Numbered from the stretch's first letter, positions 21,439 through 34,423 are shown. The stretch is DNA of 64,000 bases from Alphaproteobacteria bacterium (GCA_965232515.1 CBDDPY010000002.1:640001-704000), one strand, 5' to 3'. Notes: generated by a model not told the origin, from the sequence alone. Translations and numbers: made by a program.

Positions 21439-22233
21439 ATGCGCTCTGGATTGATTGCGAAAAAACTCGGCATGTCGCGTGTGTTCCGCGATGACGGGAC
21501 CGATGTGCCGGTTACCGTGCTGCATATCGATAACTGTCAGGTCGTGGCGCAGCGCACGGCCGACCGCGATGGCTATACGGCGCTTCAGCTTGGCGTCGGT
21601 GCGGCCAAGACCAAGAATGTCAGCAAGGCTATGCGCGGCCATTTCGCCAAGGCCGAGGTTGAGCCGAAGCAGCGCTTGTCCGAGTTTCGTGTCGCCGATG
21701 ACGCCTTGATCGATGTCGGCGCCGAGCTGACGGCGGACCATTTCGTCAATGGTCAGCACGTCGACGTCAGCGCGACCTCGATCGGCAAGGGCTTTGCCGG
21801 CGCCATGAAGCGTTGGGGCTTTGGTGGTCTCAGGGCCAGTCACGGCGTATCGATTTCGCACCGCGCGCACGGCTCGACCGGCCAGTGCCAGGACCCCGGC
21901 AAGGTCTTCAAGGGCAAGAAGATGGCCGGTCATCTCGGCGCCAGCCGGGTGACGGTGCAGAACCTCGAGGTGGTCGAGACCGATGCCGACCGCGGCGTTG
22001 TGCTGGTAAAGGGCGCGGTGCCGGGTCCGAAAGGCGGCTGGGTGCTGGTGCGCGATGCGCTGAAGCGTCCGTTGCCGGAAGGCGTTCCGTTCCCGGGCGC
22101 ACTGAGGACGGCGGCGACGCCGGAGCCCGCAGCCGAGGCGGCGCCCGAGGATGACGCGCCGGCCGACGACGACGCCGAGACGCCGGCTGAGGCCGAAACG
22201 CCGGCCGACGACGCGCCCGAGCAGAAGGACTGA
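21439..22233 (+). CDS. rplC: 50S ribosomal protein L3 with acidic C-terminal tail
   Basis: [26 protein letters not shown]. Confidence 0.99.
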   Translation: MRSGLIAKKLGMSRVFRDDGTDVPVTVLHIDNCQVVAQRTADRDGYTALQLGVGAAKTKNVSKAMRGHFAKAEVEPKQRLSEFRVADDALIDVGAELTADHFVNGQHVDVSATSIGKGFAGAMKRWGFGGLRASHGVSISHRAHGSTGQCQDPGKVFKGKKMAGHLGASRVTVQNLEVVETDADRGVVLVKGAVPGPKGGWVLVRDALKRPLPEGVPFPGALRTAATPEPAAEAAPEDDAPADDDAETPAEAETPADDAPEQKD

Positions 22234-22238
22234 GCGCG

Positions 22239-22859
22239 ATGAAGGCCGACGTAAAAACGCTTGAGAACAAAAAGGCGGGCAGCATCGACCTGGCGGAAGA
22301 GATTTTCGGTCTCAAGCCGCGCGCCGACATTCTGCATCGCGTGGTCAACTGGCAGCTGGCGAAACGCCGTCAGGGCAGCCACAAGACCAAGCAGCGCAGC
22401 GAGATCACCGGCTCGGGCGGCAAGGCCTGGAAGCAGAAAGGCACGGGTCGGGCGCGTGTCGGCAACCGCAAGGCGCCGCAGTTCCGAGGCGGCGGTGTTG
22501 CGTTCGGTCCGGTAGTACGGGATCACGCCATCAAGCTGCCGAAGAAGGTTCGCCGTCTTGGCTTGAAGCTGGCGCTGTCCGCAAAGCAAGCCGCGGGTGA
22601 GCTGACGGTCCTGGACGCGGCGACGCTGGATGAGCCCAAGACCAAACCGCTGATCGACAAACTGACGAAGCTCGGCCTTGAGAAGGCGCTGATCATCGAT
22701 GGCGCGGAACTCGATGGCAATATGGTCAAGGCCGCCCGGAACATCCCGCATGTGCGGGTTCTGCCGGTGGCGGGCGCCAACGTCTATGACATTCTGCGCG
22801 GCGGTAATCTGGCCTTGACCAAGGCGGCCGTCGAAGCGCTGGAGGCGCGGCTCAAATGA
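22239..22859 (+). CDS. rplD: 50S ribosomal protein L4
   Basis: [18 protein letters not shown]. Confidence 0.99.
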   Translation: MKADVKTLENKKAGSIDLAEEIFGLKPRADILHRVVNWQLAKRRQGSHKTKQRSEITGSGGKAWKQKGTGRARVGNRKAPQFRGGGVAFGPVVRDHAIKLPKKVRRLGLKLALSAKQAAGELTVLDAATLDEPKTKPLIDKLTKLGLEKALIIDGAELDGNMVKAARNIPHVRVLPVAGANVYDILRGGNLALTKAAVEALEARLK

Positions 22860-23149
22860 TCAAAGAGTCGATGTATCAGACGATCCTGGGCCCGGTTATC
22901 ACGGAAAAGTCGACGCTGGGCTCGGAGCACGGACAAATCACGTTTCGGGTTGCCATCGATGCGACCAAGCCGCAGGTCAAGCAGGCGATCGAGGAATTGT
23001 TCAAAGTGAAGGTGAAGGCCGTGAACACGATCCGCGTGAAGGGCAAAAAAAAGCGCTTCCGCGGCGTTCTGGGTAAGCGCCCGGACTGGAAGAAGGCGGT
23101 CATCACGCTGGAAGACGGTCACAATATCGACGTGACGACGGGGATCTAG
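22856..23149 (+). CDS. rplW: 50S ribosomal protein L23
   Basis: [15 protein letters not shown]. Confidence 0.98.
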   Translation: MIKESMYQTILGPVITEKSTLGSEHGQITFRVAIDATKPQVKQAIEELFKVKVKAVNTIRVKGKKKRFRGVLGKRPDWKKAVITLEDGHNIDVTTGI

Positions 23150-23152
23150 CCG

Positions 23153-23980
23153 ATGGCTTTAAAGCATTACAATCCGACGACGCCGTCGCGACGCGGCCTG
23201 GTCCTGGTCGATCGTTCCGGTCTGCACAAGGGCGCGCCGGTCAAGGCATTGACGCGCGGCCTTTCGGGGTCCGGCGGCCGGAACAACCAGGGTCGGATTA
23301 CTGCGCGCCGGCGTGGCGGTGGCCACAAGCGCCGTTACCGCATCGTCGACTTCGTGCGTCGCAAATTCGATGTCGCCGCCAAGGTCGAACGGCTGGAATA
23401 CGATCCGAACCGGTCCGCCTTTATCGCCTTGTTGCGATATTCGGATGGCGAGCAGGCCTACATCCTGGCGCCGCAGCGTCTGCAAGTCGGCGACGAAGTC
23501 ATTTCCGGCGAGCGGGTCGACGTGCGGCCCGGAAACGCCATGCCGTTGAAGAACATGCCGATCGGTACGATCATCCACAACGTGGAGATGAAGCCGGGCA
23601 AGGGCGGTCAGATCGCGCGCGCGGCGGGCACTTATGTGCAACTGGTCGGCCGCGATGCCGGCTTGGCGATCCTGCGTCTGTCGTCCGGCGAGCAGCGGAT
23701 GGTGCACGGCGATTGCATGGCCACGGTCGGCGCGGTGTCGAACCCGGACAACTCGAACATCAAGCTCGGCAAGGCCGGGCGCAAGCGTTGGCTGGGCAAG
23801 CGCCCCTCGGTACGCGGCGTAGCCATGAACCCGGTCGATCACCCCCATGGCGGCGGCGAGGGCCGCACCAGCGGTGGCCGGCATCCGGTTACGCCTTGGG
23901 GCAAATCGACCAAGGGTAAACGCACACGCGGCAAGAAGCCGAGCGACCGCCTGATCGTCCGGCGGCGGTTCAAGAAGTAG
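23153..23980 (+). CDS. rplB: 50S ribosomal protein L2
   Basis: [25 protein letters not shown]. Confidence 0.99.
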   Translation: MALKHYNPTTPSRRGLVLVDRSGLHKGAPVKALTRGLSGSGGRNNQGRITARRRGGGHKRRYRIVDFVRRKFDVAAKVERLEYDPNRSAFIALLRYSDGEQAYILAPQRLQVGDEVISGERVDVRPGNAMPLKNMPIGTIIHNVEMKPGKGGQIARAAGTYVQLVGRDAGLAILRLSSGEQRMVHGDCMATVGAVSNPDNSNIKLGKAGRKRWLGKRPSVRGVAMNPVDHPHGGGEGRTSGGRHPVTPWGKSTKGKRTRGKKPSDRLIVRRRFKK

Positions 23981-23991
23981 GGAGAAAGCAG

Positions 23992-24270
23992 TTGGCGCGT
24001 TCTGTCTGGAAGGGCCCGTTCGTCGACGGCTACATGCTGAAGAAGGCCGAGGAAGCGCGCGGCTCGGGTCGAAAGGATGTGATCAAGATCTGGTCCCGTC
24101 GGTCGACCATTCTGCCGCAATTCGTGGGTCTGACGTTCGGCGTCTACAACGGCCACAAACACGTTCCCGTCATGGTGAACGAGGACATGGTCGGCCATAA
24201 GTTCGGCGAGTTCGCGCCGACCCGCACGTTCCACGGCCATACCGCCGACAAGAAGGCGCGACGGGGTTAA
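23992..24270 (+). CDS. rpsS: 30S ribosomal protein S19
   Basis: TTG start after GGAG; [21 protein letters not shown]. Confidence 0.98.
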   Translation: MARSVWKGPFVDGYMLKKAEEARGSGRKDVIKIWSRRSTILPQFVGLTFGVYNGHKHVPVMVNEDMVGHKFGEFAPTRTFHGHTADKKARRG

Positions 24271-24275
24271 TCGCG

Positions 24276-24656
24276 ATGGGTAAACAGACACCAGAGCGCA
24301 GATTGGCCGAAAACGAGGCTTTGGCGGTGGGCAACATGATCCGCATCAGCCCGCAAAAGCTGAATGTCGTCGCGGCGACGATCCGGGGCATGCCGGTCGA
24401 TGCCGCGCTGGCGGAGCTGACGTTCTCGCGCCGCCGTATCGCCCAGGACGTCAAGAAGGTCCTGCAGTCGGCGATCGCAAACGCGGAGAACAACCACGAC
24501 CTGGATGTTGACGACTTGATCGTGGCCGAAGCCAGCGTCGGCAAGCGCATGGTGATGAAGCGCTGGCGCGCGCGGGCCCGTGGCCGTGTCGGCAAGATCC
24601 AAAAGCCGTTCAGCCAGATTCGTATTGTCGTCCGGCAGCGCGAGGAGATTGAGTAA
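24276..24656 (+). CDS. rplV: 50S ribosomal protein L22
   Basis: [21 protein letters not shown]. Confidence 0.98.
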   Translation: MGKQTPERRLAENEALAVGNMIRISPQKLNVVAATIRGMPVDAALAELTFSRRRIAQDVKKVLQSAIANAENNHDLDVDDLIVAEASVGKRMVMKRWRARARGRVGKIQKPFSQIRIVVRQREEIE

Positions 24657-25336
24657 TGGGCCAGAAGGTCAATCCGATTGGGCTGCGGCTCGGTATCAAC
24701 AGGACCTGGGATTCGCGATGGTACGCGCAGACCGGCGAATATGCCGATTTGCTGCATGAAGACCTCAAGATCCGGGATTATCTGGAAGGCCGGCTGAGTC
24801 AGGCCGGACTTTCGCGGATCGTGATCGAGCGACCGGCGAAGCGCGCCCGCGTGACCATCCATTCGGCCCGGCCGGGTGTGGTGATCGGCAAGAAGGGCGC
24901 CGACATCGAGAAGTTGCGGCGGCATCTGTCGAAAATGACGAATGGCGATGTGCATCTGAACATCGTCGAGATCCGCAAGCCCGAGATCGATGCCAAGCTG
25001 GTCGCGGAGAATATCTCGCAGCAGCTCGAGCGTCGCGTTGCTTTCCGCCGGGCCATGAAGCGCGCCGTGCAGTCGGCCATGCGTCTTGGCGCCCTCGGCA
25101 TCCGGATCAATTGCGGCGGCCGCCTGGGCGGTGCCGAGATTGCCCGTACCGAGTGGTACCGGGAGGGCCAGGTGCCGCTGCATACGCTGCGCGCCGATAT
25201 CGATTACGGCCAGGCGACGGCGAAGACGGCCTATGGCACCTGCGGCGTCAAGGTCTGGGTCTACAAAGGCGAGATCCTGGCGCACGACCCCATGGCGCAG
25301 GAGAAGCGTAACGCCGAGGTGCAGCAGCCGCGCTGA
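24656..25336 (+). CDS. rpsC: 30S ribosomal protein S3
   Basis: [33 protein letters not shown]. Confidence 0.99.
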   Translation: MGQKVNPIGLRLGINRTWDSRWYAQTGEYADLLHEDLKIRDYLEGRLSQAGLSRIVIERPAKRARVTIHSARPGVVIGKKGADIEKLRRHLSKMTNGDVHLNIVEIRKPEIDAKLVAENISQQLERRVAFRRAMKRAVQSAMRLGALGIRINCGGRLGGAEIARTEWYREGQVPLHTLRADIDYGQATAKTAYGTCGVKVWVYKGEILAHDPMAQEKRNAEVQQPR

Positions 25337-25378
25337 CGCGTGCTGCGGCGGTAAGCAAAAGCAAGAGACGGTTCGACA

Positions 25379-25798
25379 ATGTTACAGCCGAAGCGGACAA
25401 AGTTTCGCAAAGCCCACAAGGGCCGCATCCACGGCAACGCCAAGGGCGCGACCAGCCTGAATTTCGGATCCTTCGGGATCAAGGCGGTCCAGCCGGCGCG
25501 TGTCACCGCGCGGCAGATCGAGGCCTGCCGGCGCGCGATCGTGCGTCACATGCGGCGCAGCGGCAAGATGTGGATCCGAGTTTTTCCGGACGTGCCGGTG
25601 TCCAGCAAGCCGACCGAAGTGCGCATGGGCAAGGGTAAGGGGTCGCCGGAATACTGGATTTGCCGGGTGAAGCCGGGCCGCATCCTGTTCGAGCTTGACG
25701 GCGTGGCGCCGGAGCTTGCCCGCGAGGCCTGCGCGCGCGGCGCGGCCAAGCTGCCGATGGCGGTGCGGTTCATTTCCCGCGCGGGCGGCGAGGCCTAG
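25379..25798 (+). CDS. rplP: 50S ribosomal protein L16
   Basis: [20 protein letters not shown]. Confidence 0.99.
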   Translation: MLQPKRTKFRKAHKGRIHGNAKGATSLNFGSFGIKAVQPARVTARQIEACRRAIVRHMRRSGKMWIRVFPDVPVSSKPTEVRMGKGKGSPEYWICRVKPGRILFELDGVAPELAREACARGAAKLPMAVRFISRAGGEA

Positions 25799-25800
25799 CC

Positions 25801-26001
25801 ATGAAGGCGGAAGAACTGCGCGGCAAGACGACCGACCAGCTGAACGATCAGCTGCTGGATCTGCGGAAGGAAAGCTTCAACCTGCGTTTCCAGCGGGCGA
25901 GCGGTCAGCTCGAGAATACGGCGCGCGTGCGTCAGATACGCCGGGACATTGCCCGGATCAAAACCGTCCTGCACAAGATGCAGGCCGGCGACCAAGCTTA
26001 G
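25801..26001 (+). CDS. rpmC: 50S ribosomal protein L29
   Basis: [15 protein letters not shown]. Confidence 0.98.
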   Translation: MKAEELRGKTTDQLNDQLLDLRKESFNLRFQRASGQLENTARVRQIRRDIARIKTVLHKMQAGDQA

Positions 26002-26010
26002 GAGCCGAGA

Positions 26011-26253
26011 ATGCCCAGGCGTGTATTGCAGGGGACCGTCGTCAGCGACAAGACCGACAAGACGATTGTCGTGCGGGTCGAGCGTCGGGTGACCCATCCG
26101 ATCTACAAGAAAGTTATCCGCCGCTCGGGCAAGTTCCATGCGCACGACGAGAACAATGCTCACAAGATTGGCGATATCGTGCGCATCCGCGAGTGTCGTC
26201 CGCGATCCAAGCTGAAGCGTTGGGAAGTCGTCGCCGACGACGCCGGCAACTGA
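26011..26253 (+). CDS. rpsQ: 30S ribosomal protein S17
   Basis: GTVVSDK, HPIYKK, AHDE. Confidence 0.98.
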   Translation: MPRRVLQGTVVSDKTDKTIVVRVERRVTHPIYKKVIRRSGKFHAHDENNAHKIGDIVRIRECRPRSKLKRWEVVADDAGN

Positions 26254-26272
26254 CGGGCGGGGGAGTTTCGAG

Positions 26273-26641
26273 ATGATTCAGCCCGAGACCGTCCTCGACG
26301 TTGCCGACAATTCCGGCGCCCGGCGGGTCCAATGCATCAAGGTGCTTGGCGGTTCGAAGCGCAAATACGCATCCGTCGGCGACATCATCGTCGTCAGCGT
26401 CAAGGAAGCCATTCCGCGCGGTCGCGTGAAGAAGGGCGATATGCATCGCGCCGTGGTCGTCCGTACCGCGAAGGAGATCCACCGGCAGGATGGCACGGCC
26501 ATCCGCTTCGATCGCAACGCCGCGGTGCTGATTTCGAATGCCGGCGAGCCGATCGGTACGCGCATCTTCGGCCCGGTGACCCGCGAGCTGCGCGGCAAGA
26601 ACCACATGAAGATCATCTCGCTGGCCCCTGAGGTGCTGTAG
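26273..26641 (+). CDS. rplN: 50S ribosomal protein L14
   Basis: [22 protein letters not shown]. Confidence 0.99.
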   Translation: MIQPETVLDVADNSGARRVQCIKVLGGSKRKYASVGDIIVVSVKEAIPRGRVKKGDMHRAVVVRTAKEIHRQDGTAIRFDRNAAVLISNAGEPIGTRIFGPVTRELRGKNHMKIISLAPEVL

Positions 26642-26965
26642 ATGGCCAAGAAACTCAAAATGAAGAAGGGCGACAAGGTCGTCATTCTGACGGGCAAGGA
26701 CAAGGGCAAGACGGGCGAGATCCTGCGGGTCGACCGCAAGTCGAACCGAGCCGTTGTCGATCGCCAGAACATGATCCGGCGTCACACGAAACCGAGCCAG
26801 ACCAATCCGGGCGGCATCGTCGAGCGTGAGGCGTCGATCCATATTTCCAACCTGGCGCTCGCCGATCCCAAGGACGATGCGCCGACAAAGGTCGGATACA
26901 AGTTCCTGGCCGACGGACGCAAGGTGCGGTTTGCCAGGCGTTCGGGAGAGGTTATCGATGTCTGA
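26642..26965 (+). CDS. rplX: 50S ribosomal protein L24
   Basis: KOW motif [14 protein letters not shown]; EASIHISN. Confidence 0.99.
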   Translation: MAKKLKMKKGDKVVILTGKDKGKTGEILRVDRKSNRAVVDRQNMIRRHTKPSQTNPGGIVEREASIHISNLALADPKDDAPTKVGYKFLADGRKVRFARRSGEVIDV

Positions 26966-27530
26966 TACCGCAGTCGCAGAGGCGCCGCGTTTGAAGACGC
27001 TCTACAACGACGTCCTGCGCGAACAACTGATGCAGCAATTCAGCTACGAGAACCTGTTGCAGGTACCGAAGCTGGAAAAGGTCGTGCTGAACATGGGTGT
27101 CGGCGAGGGCGTTGCCGACCGCAAGAAGGTCGAGGCGGCGACCACCGATCTGACCGCGATCTCCGGTCAGAAGCCGGTCATCACCAAGGCCTCGAAGTCG
27201 ATTGCCGGCTTCAAGCTGCGCGAAGGCATGCTGGTCGGCTGCAAGGTGACCCTGCGCCGGGATCGCATGTACGAGTTTCTGGACCGGCTGATCAACATCG
27301 CGTTGCCGCGGGTCCGGGACTTCCGTGGCCTATCGCCGAGCAGTTTCGACGGCCGCGGCAACTATTCCATGGGACTGCGCGAGCAGATCGTGTTTCCCGA
27401 GATCGACTACGACAAGGTCGACGAGGTGCGTGGCCTGGATATCAGCATCTGCACCACGGCCAACACCGATGACGAAGCGCGCGCCTTGCTGACCGGCATT
27501 AACATGCCGTTCCAAGGCGCCAGTGTTTGA
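26958..27530 (+). CDS. rplE: 50S ribosomal protein L5
   Basis: ATG at 26958; [25 protein letters not shown]. Confidence 0.98.
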   Translation: MSDTAVAEAPRLKTLYNDVLREQLMQQFSYENLLQVPKLEKVVLNMGVGEGVADRKKVEAATTDLTAISGQKPVITKASKSIAGFKLREGMLVGCKVTLRRDRMYEFLDRLINIALPRVRDFRGLSPSSFDGRGNYSMGLREQIVFPEIDYDKVDEVRGLDISICTTANTDDEARALLTGINMPFQGASV

Positions 27531-27539
27531 GGACCAGGT

Positions 27540-27845
27540 ATGGCGAAGAAAAGTGCCATTGAGAAGAACAAGCGGCGGGCGAAGCGTTCGATTCAGTCAG
27601 CCGAGCGCCGTGCGCGCCTGAAAGAGATCGCCAGCGACAAGAACCTGCCGCAGGAAGAGCGGTTCAGCGCGCGATTGAAGCTGGCCCAGATGCCGCGCAA
27701 CGCCTCGCCGACCCGCGTCCGCAATCGCTGCGAACTGACGGGCCGGTCGCGGGGCTTCTATCGCAAGTTCAAGATGTCTCGCGTCGCACTTCGCGAACTG
27801 GGCTCCCGCGGCTTGATCCCGGGCCTCGTCAAGTCAAGCTGGTAG
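27540..27845 (+). CDS. rpsN: 30S ribosomal protein S14 (long, zinc-independent type)
   Basis: 101 aa; [12 protein letters not shown]; PGLVKSSW; lacks the four-Cys zinc motif. Confidence 0.98.
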   Translation: MAKKSAIEKNKRRAKRSIQSAERRARLKEIASDKNLPQEERFSARLKLAQMPRNASPTRVRNRCELTGRSRGFYRKFKMSRVALRELGSRGLIPGLVKSSW

Positions 27846-27859
27846 GAGGGCGACGACGA

Positions 27860-28258
27860 ATGTCGATGACCGATCCGATCGGGGATATGTTGACCCGTAT
27901 CCGCAATGGCCAGATGGCGCGCAAGACGTCGATCGTGACGCCGGCGTCCAAGCAGCGCGAGCGCGTGCTGGACGTGCTGGAGCGCGAGGGCTTTATCCGC
28001 GGCTATTCGCGTACCGACTACGATGGCGGCAAAGCCGACCTTCAGATCGAGTTGAAGTATTACGAAGGCGAGCCCGTCATTCAGCGAATTAAAAGAATTT
28101 CGACTCCGGGACGGCGGATTTATTCGTCGGTCAAGGACCTGCCGCGGGTCGCGAACGGTCTGGGCATCTCGATCCTGTCGACGCCGCGCGGCGTGCTGTC
28201 CGATGCGGAAGCGCGCGACGCCAATGTCGGCGGCGAGATCCTGGCCGAGGTATTCTAG
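27860..28258 (+). CDS. rpsH: 30S ribosomal protein S8
   Basis: [24 protein letters not shown]. Confidence 0.99.
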   Translation: MSMTDPIGDMLTRIRNGQMARKTSIVTPASKQRERVLDVLEREGFIRGYSRTDYDGGKADLQIELKYYEGEPVIQRIKRISTPGRRIYSSVKDLPRVANGLGISILSTPRGVLSDAEARDANVGGEILAEVF

Positions 28259-28267
28259 GAGCAGACC

Positions 28268-28801
28268 ATGTCGCGCATCGGCAAACTACCCGTACAAGTC
28301 CCGAGCGGCGTGTCGGTCCAGATCAATGGTCAGGATATCGCGGTCAAGGGCAGCAAGGGCGAGCTCACCCTGCGCCTGGTCGACGATGTCACGGCGACGC
28401 AGGATGATGGCGCCGTCGTCGTCACGCCGCGGGACGACAGCAAGCGATCCCGCTCCATGTGGGGCATGCAGCGCAGCTTGGTGCAAAACATGGTCACCGG
28501 CGTTTCCGACGGCTTCGAGATCGACCTGGAAATCCAGGGCGTCGGCTATCGCGCCGCCGTGCAGGGCAAGACGCTCAACCTGCAGCTCGGCTTCAGCCAC
28601 GATGTCGCCTTCGCGATCCCGGATGGCGTGACGATCGCCTGCGAACGGCCGACCGCGATCAAGGTGTCGGGCATCGACAAACAGCTCGTCGGTCAGGTGG
28701 CGGCCAAGATCCGGTCCTATCGTCCGCCGGAGCCCTACAAGGGCAAGGGCGTGCGCTATGTTGGCGAATACATCTTCCGCAAGGAAGGCAAGAAGAAGTA
28801 A
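28268..28801 (+). CDS. rplF: 50S ribosomal protein L6
   Basis: [14 protein letters not shown]. Confidence 0.99.
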   Translation: MSRIGKLPVQVPSGVSVQINGQDIAVKGSKGELTLRLVDDVTATQDDGAVVVTPRDDSKRSRSMWGMQRSLVQNMVTGVSDGFEIDLEIQGVGYRAAVQGKTLNLQLGFSHDVAFAIPDGVTIACERPTAIKVSGIDKQLVGQVAAKIRSYRPPEPYKGKGVRYVGEYIFRKEGKKK

Positions 28802-28806
28802 CGGTC

Positions 28807-29169
28807 ATGGAAAAGGCAAAGAAACTCTTCCAACGGCGGCGCGACCGGATCCGCTACCAGCTACGCCGGGCGGCGAAGGGCCGGCCGCGGCTGTCGGTGT
28901 TTCGGTCCTCGAAGCACATTTACGCGCAGATCATCGACGACACGAATGGGGTCACGTTGGCGTCGGCAAGCTCGATCGAGAAGTCGCTGCGCGGTGATCT
29001 CAAGACCGGGGCGGACACGGATGCGGCCAGCAAGGTCGGCGGCCTGATCGCCGAGCGCGCGAAGTCGGCCGGGGTCACGGATGTGGTCTTCGATCGTGGC
29101 GGCTATCGGTATCACGGCCGGGTGAAAGCTCTGGCGGACGCTGCCCGCGAAGGCGGCCTGACGTTTTAG
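28807..29169 (+). CDS. rplR: 50S ribosomal protein L18
   Basis: ATG at 28807; [21 protein letters not shown]. Confidence 0.98.
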   Translation: MEKAKKLFQRRRDRIRYQLRRAAKGRPRLSVFRSSKHIYAQIIDDTNGVTLASASSIEKSLRGDLKTGADTDAASKVGGLIAERAKSAGVTDVVFDRGGYRYHGRVKALADAAREGGLTF

Positions 29170-29183
29170 AAAGGCGTTGAACT

Positions 29184-29741
29184 ATGGCGCGTAACGACAT
29201 GCGTGATCGCGATCGCGGCGAGAGCGAGTATTTCGACAAGCTGGTCCACATCAACCGGGTCGCCAAGGTTGTGAAGGGCGGCCGGCGGTTCGGTTTCTCG
29301 GCGCTGGTGGTAGTCGGCGATCAGAAAGGGCGCGTCGGCTACGGCCACGGCAAGGCCCGCGAGGTGCCCGAGGCGATCCGCAAGGCAACGGAGTCGGCGA
29401 AGCGGACGCTCGTCCGGGTGCCGCTGCGCGAGGGACGGACCCTGCATCACGACTGCCAGGGCCGGCACGGCGCCGGCAAGGTCGTTCTGCGCGCCGCACC
29501 GCCCGGCACTGGCATCATCGCCGGCGGACCGATGCGCGCCGTTTTCGAATGCCTCGGCGTCCAGGACGTGGTGACCAAGTCGATCGGTTCATCGAACCCT
29601 TACAACATGATTCACGCCACATTCCAGGCGCTGCAGACGCAGGCCTCGCCCCGCATGATCGCGGCGAAGCGTGGCAAGAAGGTCAGCGACATCGTCGGCC
29701 GCCGTCGCAGCGATGCCGGCGCTGAGCCGGTTGAGGCTTAG
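29184..29741 (+). CDS. rpsE: 30S ribosomal protein S5
   Basis: [21 protein letters not shown]. Confidence 0.99.
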   Translation: MARNDMRDRDRGESEYFDKLVHINRVAKVVKGGRRFGFSALVVVGDQKGRVGYGHGKAREVPEAIRKATESAKRTLVRVPLREGRTLHHDCQGRHGAGKVVLRAAPPGTGIIAGGPMRAVFECLGVQDVVTKSIGSSNPYNMIHATFQALQTQASPRMIAAKRGKKVSDIVGRRRSDAGAEPVEA

Positions 29742-29751
29742 GAGCCGCATA

Positions 29752-29943
29752 ATGGCGACAAAGAACACCGTGACCGTGACCCAGATCCGCAGCCCGATCG
29801 GGCGGCCGAAGGATCAGCGTCAGACGCTGATCGGACTGGGCCTGAACAAGATCAACCGCCGCCGCACGTTGGAAGACACCCCGTCGGTGCGGGGCATGAT
29901 CCGCAAAGTGAGCCATCTGGTGCGGGTCGAGGACGCCGGCTGA
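29752..29943 (+). CDS. rpmD: 50S ribosomal protein L30
   Basis: ATG at 29752 after AGGAG; [20 protein letters not shown]. Confidence 0.97.
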   Translation: MATKNTVTVTQIRSPIGRPKDQRQTLIGLGLNKINRRRTLEDTPSVRGMIRKVSHLVRVEDAG

Positions 29944-29975
29944 CCCGGTGTGTTTGTGAACGGGATTATCGAGAT

Positions 29976-30485
29976 ATGAGACTGAACGAGCTATCCAGCA
30001 AACCCGGCGCCCGGAAGAAGGCCAAGCGCGTCGGCCGCGGTCCCGGTTCGGGTCTCGGAAAGACATCGGGCCGTGGGCAAAAAGGCCAGAAATCTCGATC
30101 CGGCGTATCCATCAAGGGCTTCGAAGGCGGTCAAATGCCGCTGCATCGGCGGCTGCCGAAGCGCGGTTTCAACAATATCTTCGCCAAGCGGTTCGAGGTC
30201 GTGAACTTGGATCGGCTGCAGGCCGCGATTGACGCGGGCAAACTGGATGCCGGCAAGCCGATTTCGGCCACGGAGCTGCAGGCCGCGGGCCTGTTCCGTC
30301 GCCCTCACGATGGCGTGCGGTTGCTTGCAAAAGGCGCCTTGAAGGCAAAGATCGATATTACGGTGGCCGGCGCCTCCAAAGCGGCTGTCGCGGCCGTTGA
30401 AGGAGCCGGCGGCAAGGTGACGATCGTCGCGCCGGCGCCGAAGGCCGCCGAAGCCGACGCTTCACCGGCACCGGACGCGAGCTAA
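29976..30485 (+). CDS. rplO: 50S ribosomal protein L15
   Basis: [27 protein letters not shown]. Confidence 0.99.
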   Translation: MRLNELSSKPGARKKAKRVGRGPGSGLGKTSGRGQKGQKSRSGVSIKGFEGGQMPLHRRLPKRGFNNIFAKRFEVVNLDRLQAAIDAGKLDAGKPISATELQAAGLFRRPHDGVRLLAKGALKAKIDITVAGASKAAVAAVEGAGGKVTIVAPAPKAAEADASPAPDAS

Positions 30486-30512
30486 GGACCTCGGGCGCAC
30501 GAGAGGATCGCC

Positions 30513-31856
30513 ATGGCATCCGCTGCCGAACAGCTAGCCGCCAACGTCAACCTGGGCGCCTTCGCCAAGGCGACCGAGCTGAAAAAGCGCATCTGGTTCA
30601 CGCTAGGTGCGCTTATCGTCTATCGGATCGGCACCTATATCCCGATACCCGGCATCGACCCTGCCGCGCTGGCGGATATCTTCCAGCAGCAGCAGGGCGG
30701 CTTCCTCGACATGATCAATGCCTTCTCCGGCGGTGCGCTGGGAAGGATGACGATCTTTGCGCTCAACATCATGCCGTACATCTCGGCCTCGATCATCATG
30801 CAGCTGATGACGACGGTGTCGCCGCACCTCGAGCAGCTGAAGAAAGAGGGCGAGCAGGGCCGCAAGAAGATGAATCAGTACACCCGCTACGGCACGGTGC
30901 TGCTGACCATCGTACAGGCCTACGGAATCGCGGTCGGTTTGGAAGGATTGAGCAGCAATGTCGGCTCGGTCGTGATCGATCCCGGCGTGTTCTTCCGTTT
31001 CACGGCCGTGGTGACGCTGACCGGCGGCACCATTTTCCTGATGTGGCTGGGCGAGCAGATCACCGCGCGGGGTGTCGGCAACGGCATATCGCTGATCATC
31101 TTCGCCGGTATTGTCGCAGAGCTGCCGCGGGCATTGGCCAGCACCCTGGAGCTGGGCCGCACCGGCGCGCTGTCGACGCTGCTGATCGTGTTCCTGATCG
31201 TCATGGTGATCTTCACCATCACGTTCATCGTCTTCGTCGAGCGGGCCCAGCGCCGGCTGATCGTGCAATATCCGAAGCGCCAGGTCGGCAACCGCATGTT
31301 CGGCGGCGAGAGCTCGCACCTGCCGTTGAAGCTGAACACCGCCGGCGTGATCCCGCCGATTTTCGCGTCGTCGCTGCTGCTCCTGCCGCTGACCATCGCC
31401 AACTTCTCCAGCCAGGGCGGCCCGGAATGGCTGACGACGGTGACGTCGCTGCTGGGTCGCGGCCAGCCGGCCTACATGTTCCTCTATATCGGCGGCATCG
31501 TGTTCTTCTGCTTCTTCTATACGGCAATCGTCTTCAATCCGGCCGATACGGCGGACAACCTGAAGAAGTACGGCGGCTTCATTCCAGGCATCCGGCCGGG
31601 CAAGCGGACGGCGGAATACCTGGACTATGTGCTGACACGTTTGACGGTCGTCGGCTCGGCTTATCTGGCGCTGGTCTGCCTGCTGCCGGAATTGCTGATT
31701 TCGCAATACGCGGTGCCGTTCTATTTCGGCGGCACCTCGCTGTTGATCGTGGTCAGCGTGACGATGGATACCATGGGGCAGGTGCAGTCCCACCTGCTGG
31801 CGCACCAGTATGAAGGCCTGATCCGCAAGTCGAAACTGAGGGGGCGGACGCGGTGA
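30513..31856 (+). CDS. secY: Preprotein translocase subunit SecY
   Basis: [34 protein letters not shown]. Confidence 0.99.
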   Translation: MASAAEQLAANVNLGAFAKATELKKRIWFTLGALIVYRIGTYIPIPGIDPAALADIFQQQQGGFLDMINAFSGGALGRMTIFALNIMPYISASIIMQLMTTVSPHLEQLKKEGEQGRKKMNQYTRYGTVLLTIVQAYGIAVGLEGLSSNVGSVVIDPGVFFRFTAVVTLTGGTIFLMWLGEQITARGVGNGISLIIFAGIVAELPRALASTLELGRTGALSTLLIVFLIVMVIFTITFIVFVERAQRRLIVQYPKRQVGNRMFGGESSHLPLKLNTAGVIPPIFASSLLLLPLTIANFSSQGGPEWLTTVTSLLGRGQPAYMFLYIGGIVFFCFFYTAIVFNPADTADNLKKYGGFIPGIRPGKRTAEYLDYVLTRLTVVGSAYLALVCLLPELLISQYAVPFYFGGTSLLIVVSVTMDTMGQVQSHLLAHQYEGLIRKSKLRGRTR

Positions 31857-32434
31857 ACATCATTCTGTTCGGCCCGCCTGGCGCCGGTAAGGGTACGCAG
31901 GCGCAGCTGCTGCAGGAACGGCACGGCCTCGTCCAGCTGTCGACCGGCGACATGCTGCGCGCCGCGGTGGCCGCTGGCACCGAGCTCGGGCGCAAGGCCA
32001 AATCAATTATGGACGCCGGAAATCTGGTCGATGACGGTTTGATGATCGCGATCATTTCCGATCGGATCGATCAGCCGGACTGCGCAAACGGCTTCATCCT
32101 GGATGGCTTCCCGCGGACCATCCCACAGGCGGAAGGCCTGGACCGCATGCTGGCGGAGAAAAGCCTGAAACTCGACCGCGTGATCGAAATCGAGGTCGAC
32201 GATCAGGCCCTGTTCGCCCGGATCGAAGGACGGGCGCAGGAGACGGCGTCGGCCGGCCAGCAGCGGGCCGATGACAACGCGGAGACCCTGAAGAAGCGGC
32301 TCGCGGTCTATCATGAGCAGACGGCGCCGGTTCTTCCGTATTACGAAAACAAGGGCATGCTGAAGAAGGTCGATGGCATGTCCGACATCGAGGAGGTGTC
32401 GCGGCAGATCGAAGCGATTCTGCAGGCGGTGTAA
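31853..32434 (+). CDS. adk: Adenylate kinase (short-LID type)
   Basis: [28 protein letters not shown]. Confidence 0.98.
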   Translation: MNIILFGPPGAGKGTQAQLLQERHGLVQLSTGDMLRAAVAAGTELGRKAKSIMDAGNLVDDGLMIAIISDRIDQPDCANGFILDGFPRTIPQAEGLDRMLAEKSLKLDRVIEIEVDDQALFARIEGRAQETASAGQQRADDNAETLKKRLAVYHEQTAPVLPYYENKGMLKKVDGMSDIEEVSRQIEAILQAV

Positions 32435-32438
32435 TCTA

Positions 32439-32467
32439 TTGACTTATTTGGCGGATTTCTATAAACG
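32439..32467 (+). promoter_or_regulatory. Probable alpha-operon promoter
   Basis: TTGACT at 32439 followed by TATAAA (15-bp spacer) or TAAACG (17-bp spacer). Confidence 0.55.
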
Positions 32468-32533
32468 GCAGCGGTCCCATACACTGCAATTCGACGTCTC
32501 GCCAGAGGTCTTGCAAGAGCGAGGATTTGACAC

Positions 32534-32902
32534 GTGGCGCGCATAGCCGGCGTAAATATTCCTACAAACAAGCGTGTGGAAATCGCGCTGACCTACATCC
32601 ATGGCATCGGCCGGACCAAGGCGAAGGACATTTGCCAGGTCGTTGGCATCCCTGCGGAACGGCGGGTGAACGAGCTGACGGACCAAGAGGTCATTCAGGT
32701 ACGTGAGGTCATCGACCGCGATTATCTGGTGGAGGGCGACCTGCGGCGCGATGTTGCGATGAACATCAAGCGGTTAATGGATCTCGGCTGCTACCGGGGC
32801 CTGCGGCATCGCAAGGGATTGCCGGTGAACGGTCAGCGCACGCATACCAATGCCCGCACCAGGAAGGGCCCGGCGCGCCCGATCGCCGGCAAGAAGAAGT
32901 AA
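32534..32902 (+). CDS. rpsM: 30S ribosomal protein S13
   Basis: [28 protein letters not shown]. Confidence 0.99.
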   Translation: MARIAGVNIPTNKRVEIALTYIHGIGRTKAKDICQVVGIPAERRVNELTDQEVIQVREVIDRDYLVEGDLRRDVAMNIKRLMDLGCYRGLRHRKGLPVNGQRTHTNARTRKGPARPIAGKKK

Positions 32903-32911
32903 GGAATCGCA

Positions 32912-33304
32912 ATGGCTGTCAGGGAACGCGGTCGCGTCCGCAAGCGCGAACGGAAAAACATTACCTCGGGCATCGCCCACGTCAACGCGACCTTCAACAA
33001 CACGATGGTCACGATCACCGACGTGCAGGGCAACGTTATTTCTTGGTCGACTGCCGGCGCCCAGGGTTTCAAGGGATCGCGGAAGTCGACGCCGTATGCG
33101 GCGCAGATGGCGGCCGAGAATGCCGGTCAGAAGGCCATGGAACACGGCATGAAGACGCTTGAAGTGCTGGTTAAGGGACCCGGATCGGGGCGAGAGTCCG
33201 CCTTACGGTCGTTGCAGGCCTGTGGCTTTACGATCACCTCGATCAAGGATGTGACGGCCATTCCGCACAACGGTTGCCGTCCGCCGAAACGCCGTCGCGT
33301 CTAG
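32912..33304 (+). CDS. rpsK: 30S ribosomal protein S11
   Basis: [26 protein letters not shown]. Confidence 0.99.
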   Translation: MAVRERGRVRKRERKNITSGIAHVNATFNNTMVTITDVQGNVISWSTAGAQGFKGSRKSTPYAAQMAAENAGQKAMEHGMKTLEVLVKGPGSGRESALRSLQACGFTITSIKDVTAIPHNGCRPPKRRRV

Positions 33305-33406
33305 GATTTGTATCCGAATTGGCGGCGCAGCCCGATGTCGTAACCGGGCCGCGCGCCGCATTACACGTCACGGCCAAACAAGCCGGGAACGCAAGAGGTT
33401 AGAAGC

Positions 33407-34423
33407 GTGATCCAGAAGAACTGGCAAGAGCTGATCAAACCCAACAAGCTGAACGTTGAGGCGGGCCACGATCCCAAGCGGTCCGCGACCATCGTCGCTG
33501 AGCCGCTTGAGCGCGGCTTCGGCCTGACGTTGGGCAACGCCCTGCGCCGTGTGCTGCTGTCGTCATTGCACGGCGCCGCCGTTACCTCGGTGCAGATCGA
33601 CGGCGTTTTGCACGAGTTTTCGTCGATTCCGGGTGTGCGCGAGGACGTCACCGACATTGTATTGAACATCAAGGCGCTGGCCGTGAAGCTGCATGCCGAA
33701 GGCCCGAAGCGCATGACGCTCCGAGCCGAAGGCCCGGGCGAAGTGACCGCGGCGCAGATCGAGACCGGCGCCGATATCGAGATCATGAACCCTGGTCTTG
33801 GCATCTGCCATCTCGATCAGGGCGCGAAAATCGTCATGGAGCTGACGGTCGAGGCCGGCAAAGGCTATGTGCCCGCCGACCGCAATCGTATCGAGGATGC
33901 GCCGATCGGCCTCATTCCGGTCGACGCCGTCTTCAGCCCGGTGCTCAAGGTCGCCTACAAGGTCGAGAACACCCGTGAAGGTCAGATCCTTGACTACGAC
34001 AAGCTGACCATGGACTTGGTGACCGACGGCACCGTGTCGCCCGACGACGCCGTCGCCTATGCCGCACGGATCCTGCAGGATCAACTGCAGCTCTTCATCA
34101 ACTTCGAAGAGCCGCGCGAGGAAGTGGCGCAGGTCGAGCCGGAGTCGCCGAAGTTCAATCGCAATCTGTTGCGAAAGGTTGACGAGCTGGAGTTGTCGGT
34201 CCGGTCGGCCAACTGTCTGAAGAACGACAACATCATCTACATCGGCGATCTGGTGCAGAAGACCGAGGCGGAAATGCTCCGCACGCCGAACTTCGGCCGT
34301 AAGTCGTTGAATGAGATCAAAGAGGTGCTGACCCAGATGGGCCTGCATCTCGGCCTCGAGGTGCCGGATTGGCCGCCGGACAACATCGAGGAAATGGCCA
34401 AGCAGTACGACAACGAGTTTTAG
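33407..34423 (+). CDS. rpoA: RNA polymerase alpha subunit
   Basis: [34 protein letters not shown]. Confidence 0.99.
   Translation: MIQKNWQELIKPNKLNVEAGHDPKRSATIVAEPLERGFGLTLGNALRRVLLSSLHGAAVTSVQIDGVLHEFSSIPGVREDVTDIVLNIKALAVKLHAEGPKRMTLRAEGPGEVTAAQIETGADIEIMNPGLGICHLDQGAKIVMELTVEAGKGYVPADRNRIEDAPIGLIPVDAVFSPVLKVAYKVENTREGQILDYDKLTMDLVTDGTVSPDDAVAYAARILQDQLQLFINFEEPREEVAQVEPESPKFNRNLLRKVDELELSVRSANCLKNDNIIYIGDLVQKTEAEMLRTPNFGRKSLNEIKEVLTQMGLHLGLEVPDWPPDNIEEMAKQYDNEF

Noticed and set aside
31856-33407. No rpmJ, infA or rpsD in spc/alpha; no rpmG or tRNA-Thr around tuf-secE
   Set aside because: Normal alphaproteobacterial arrangement; these genes usually lie elsewhere
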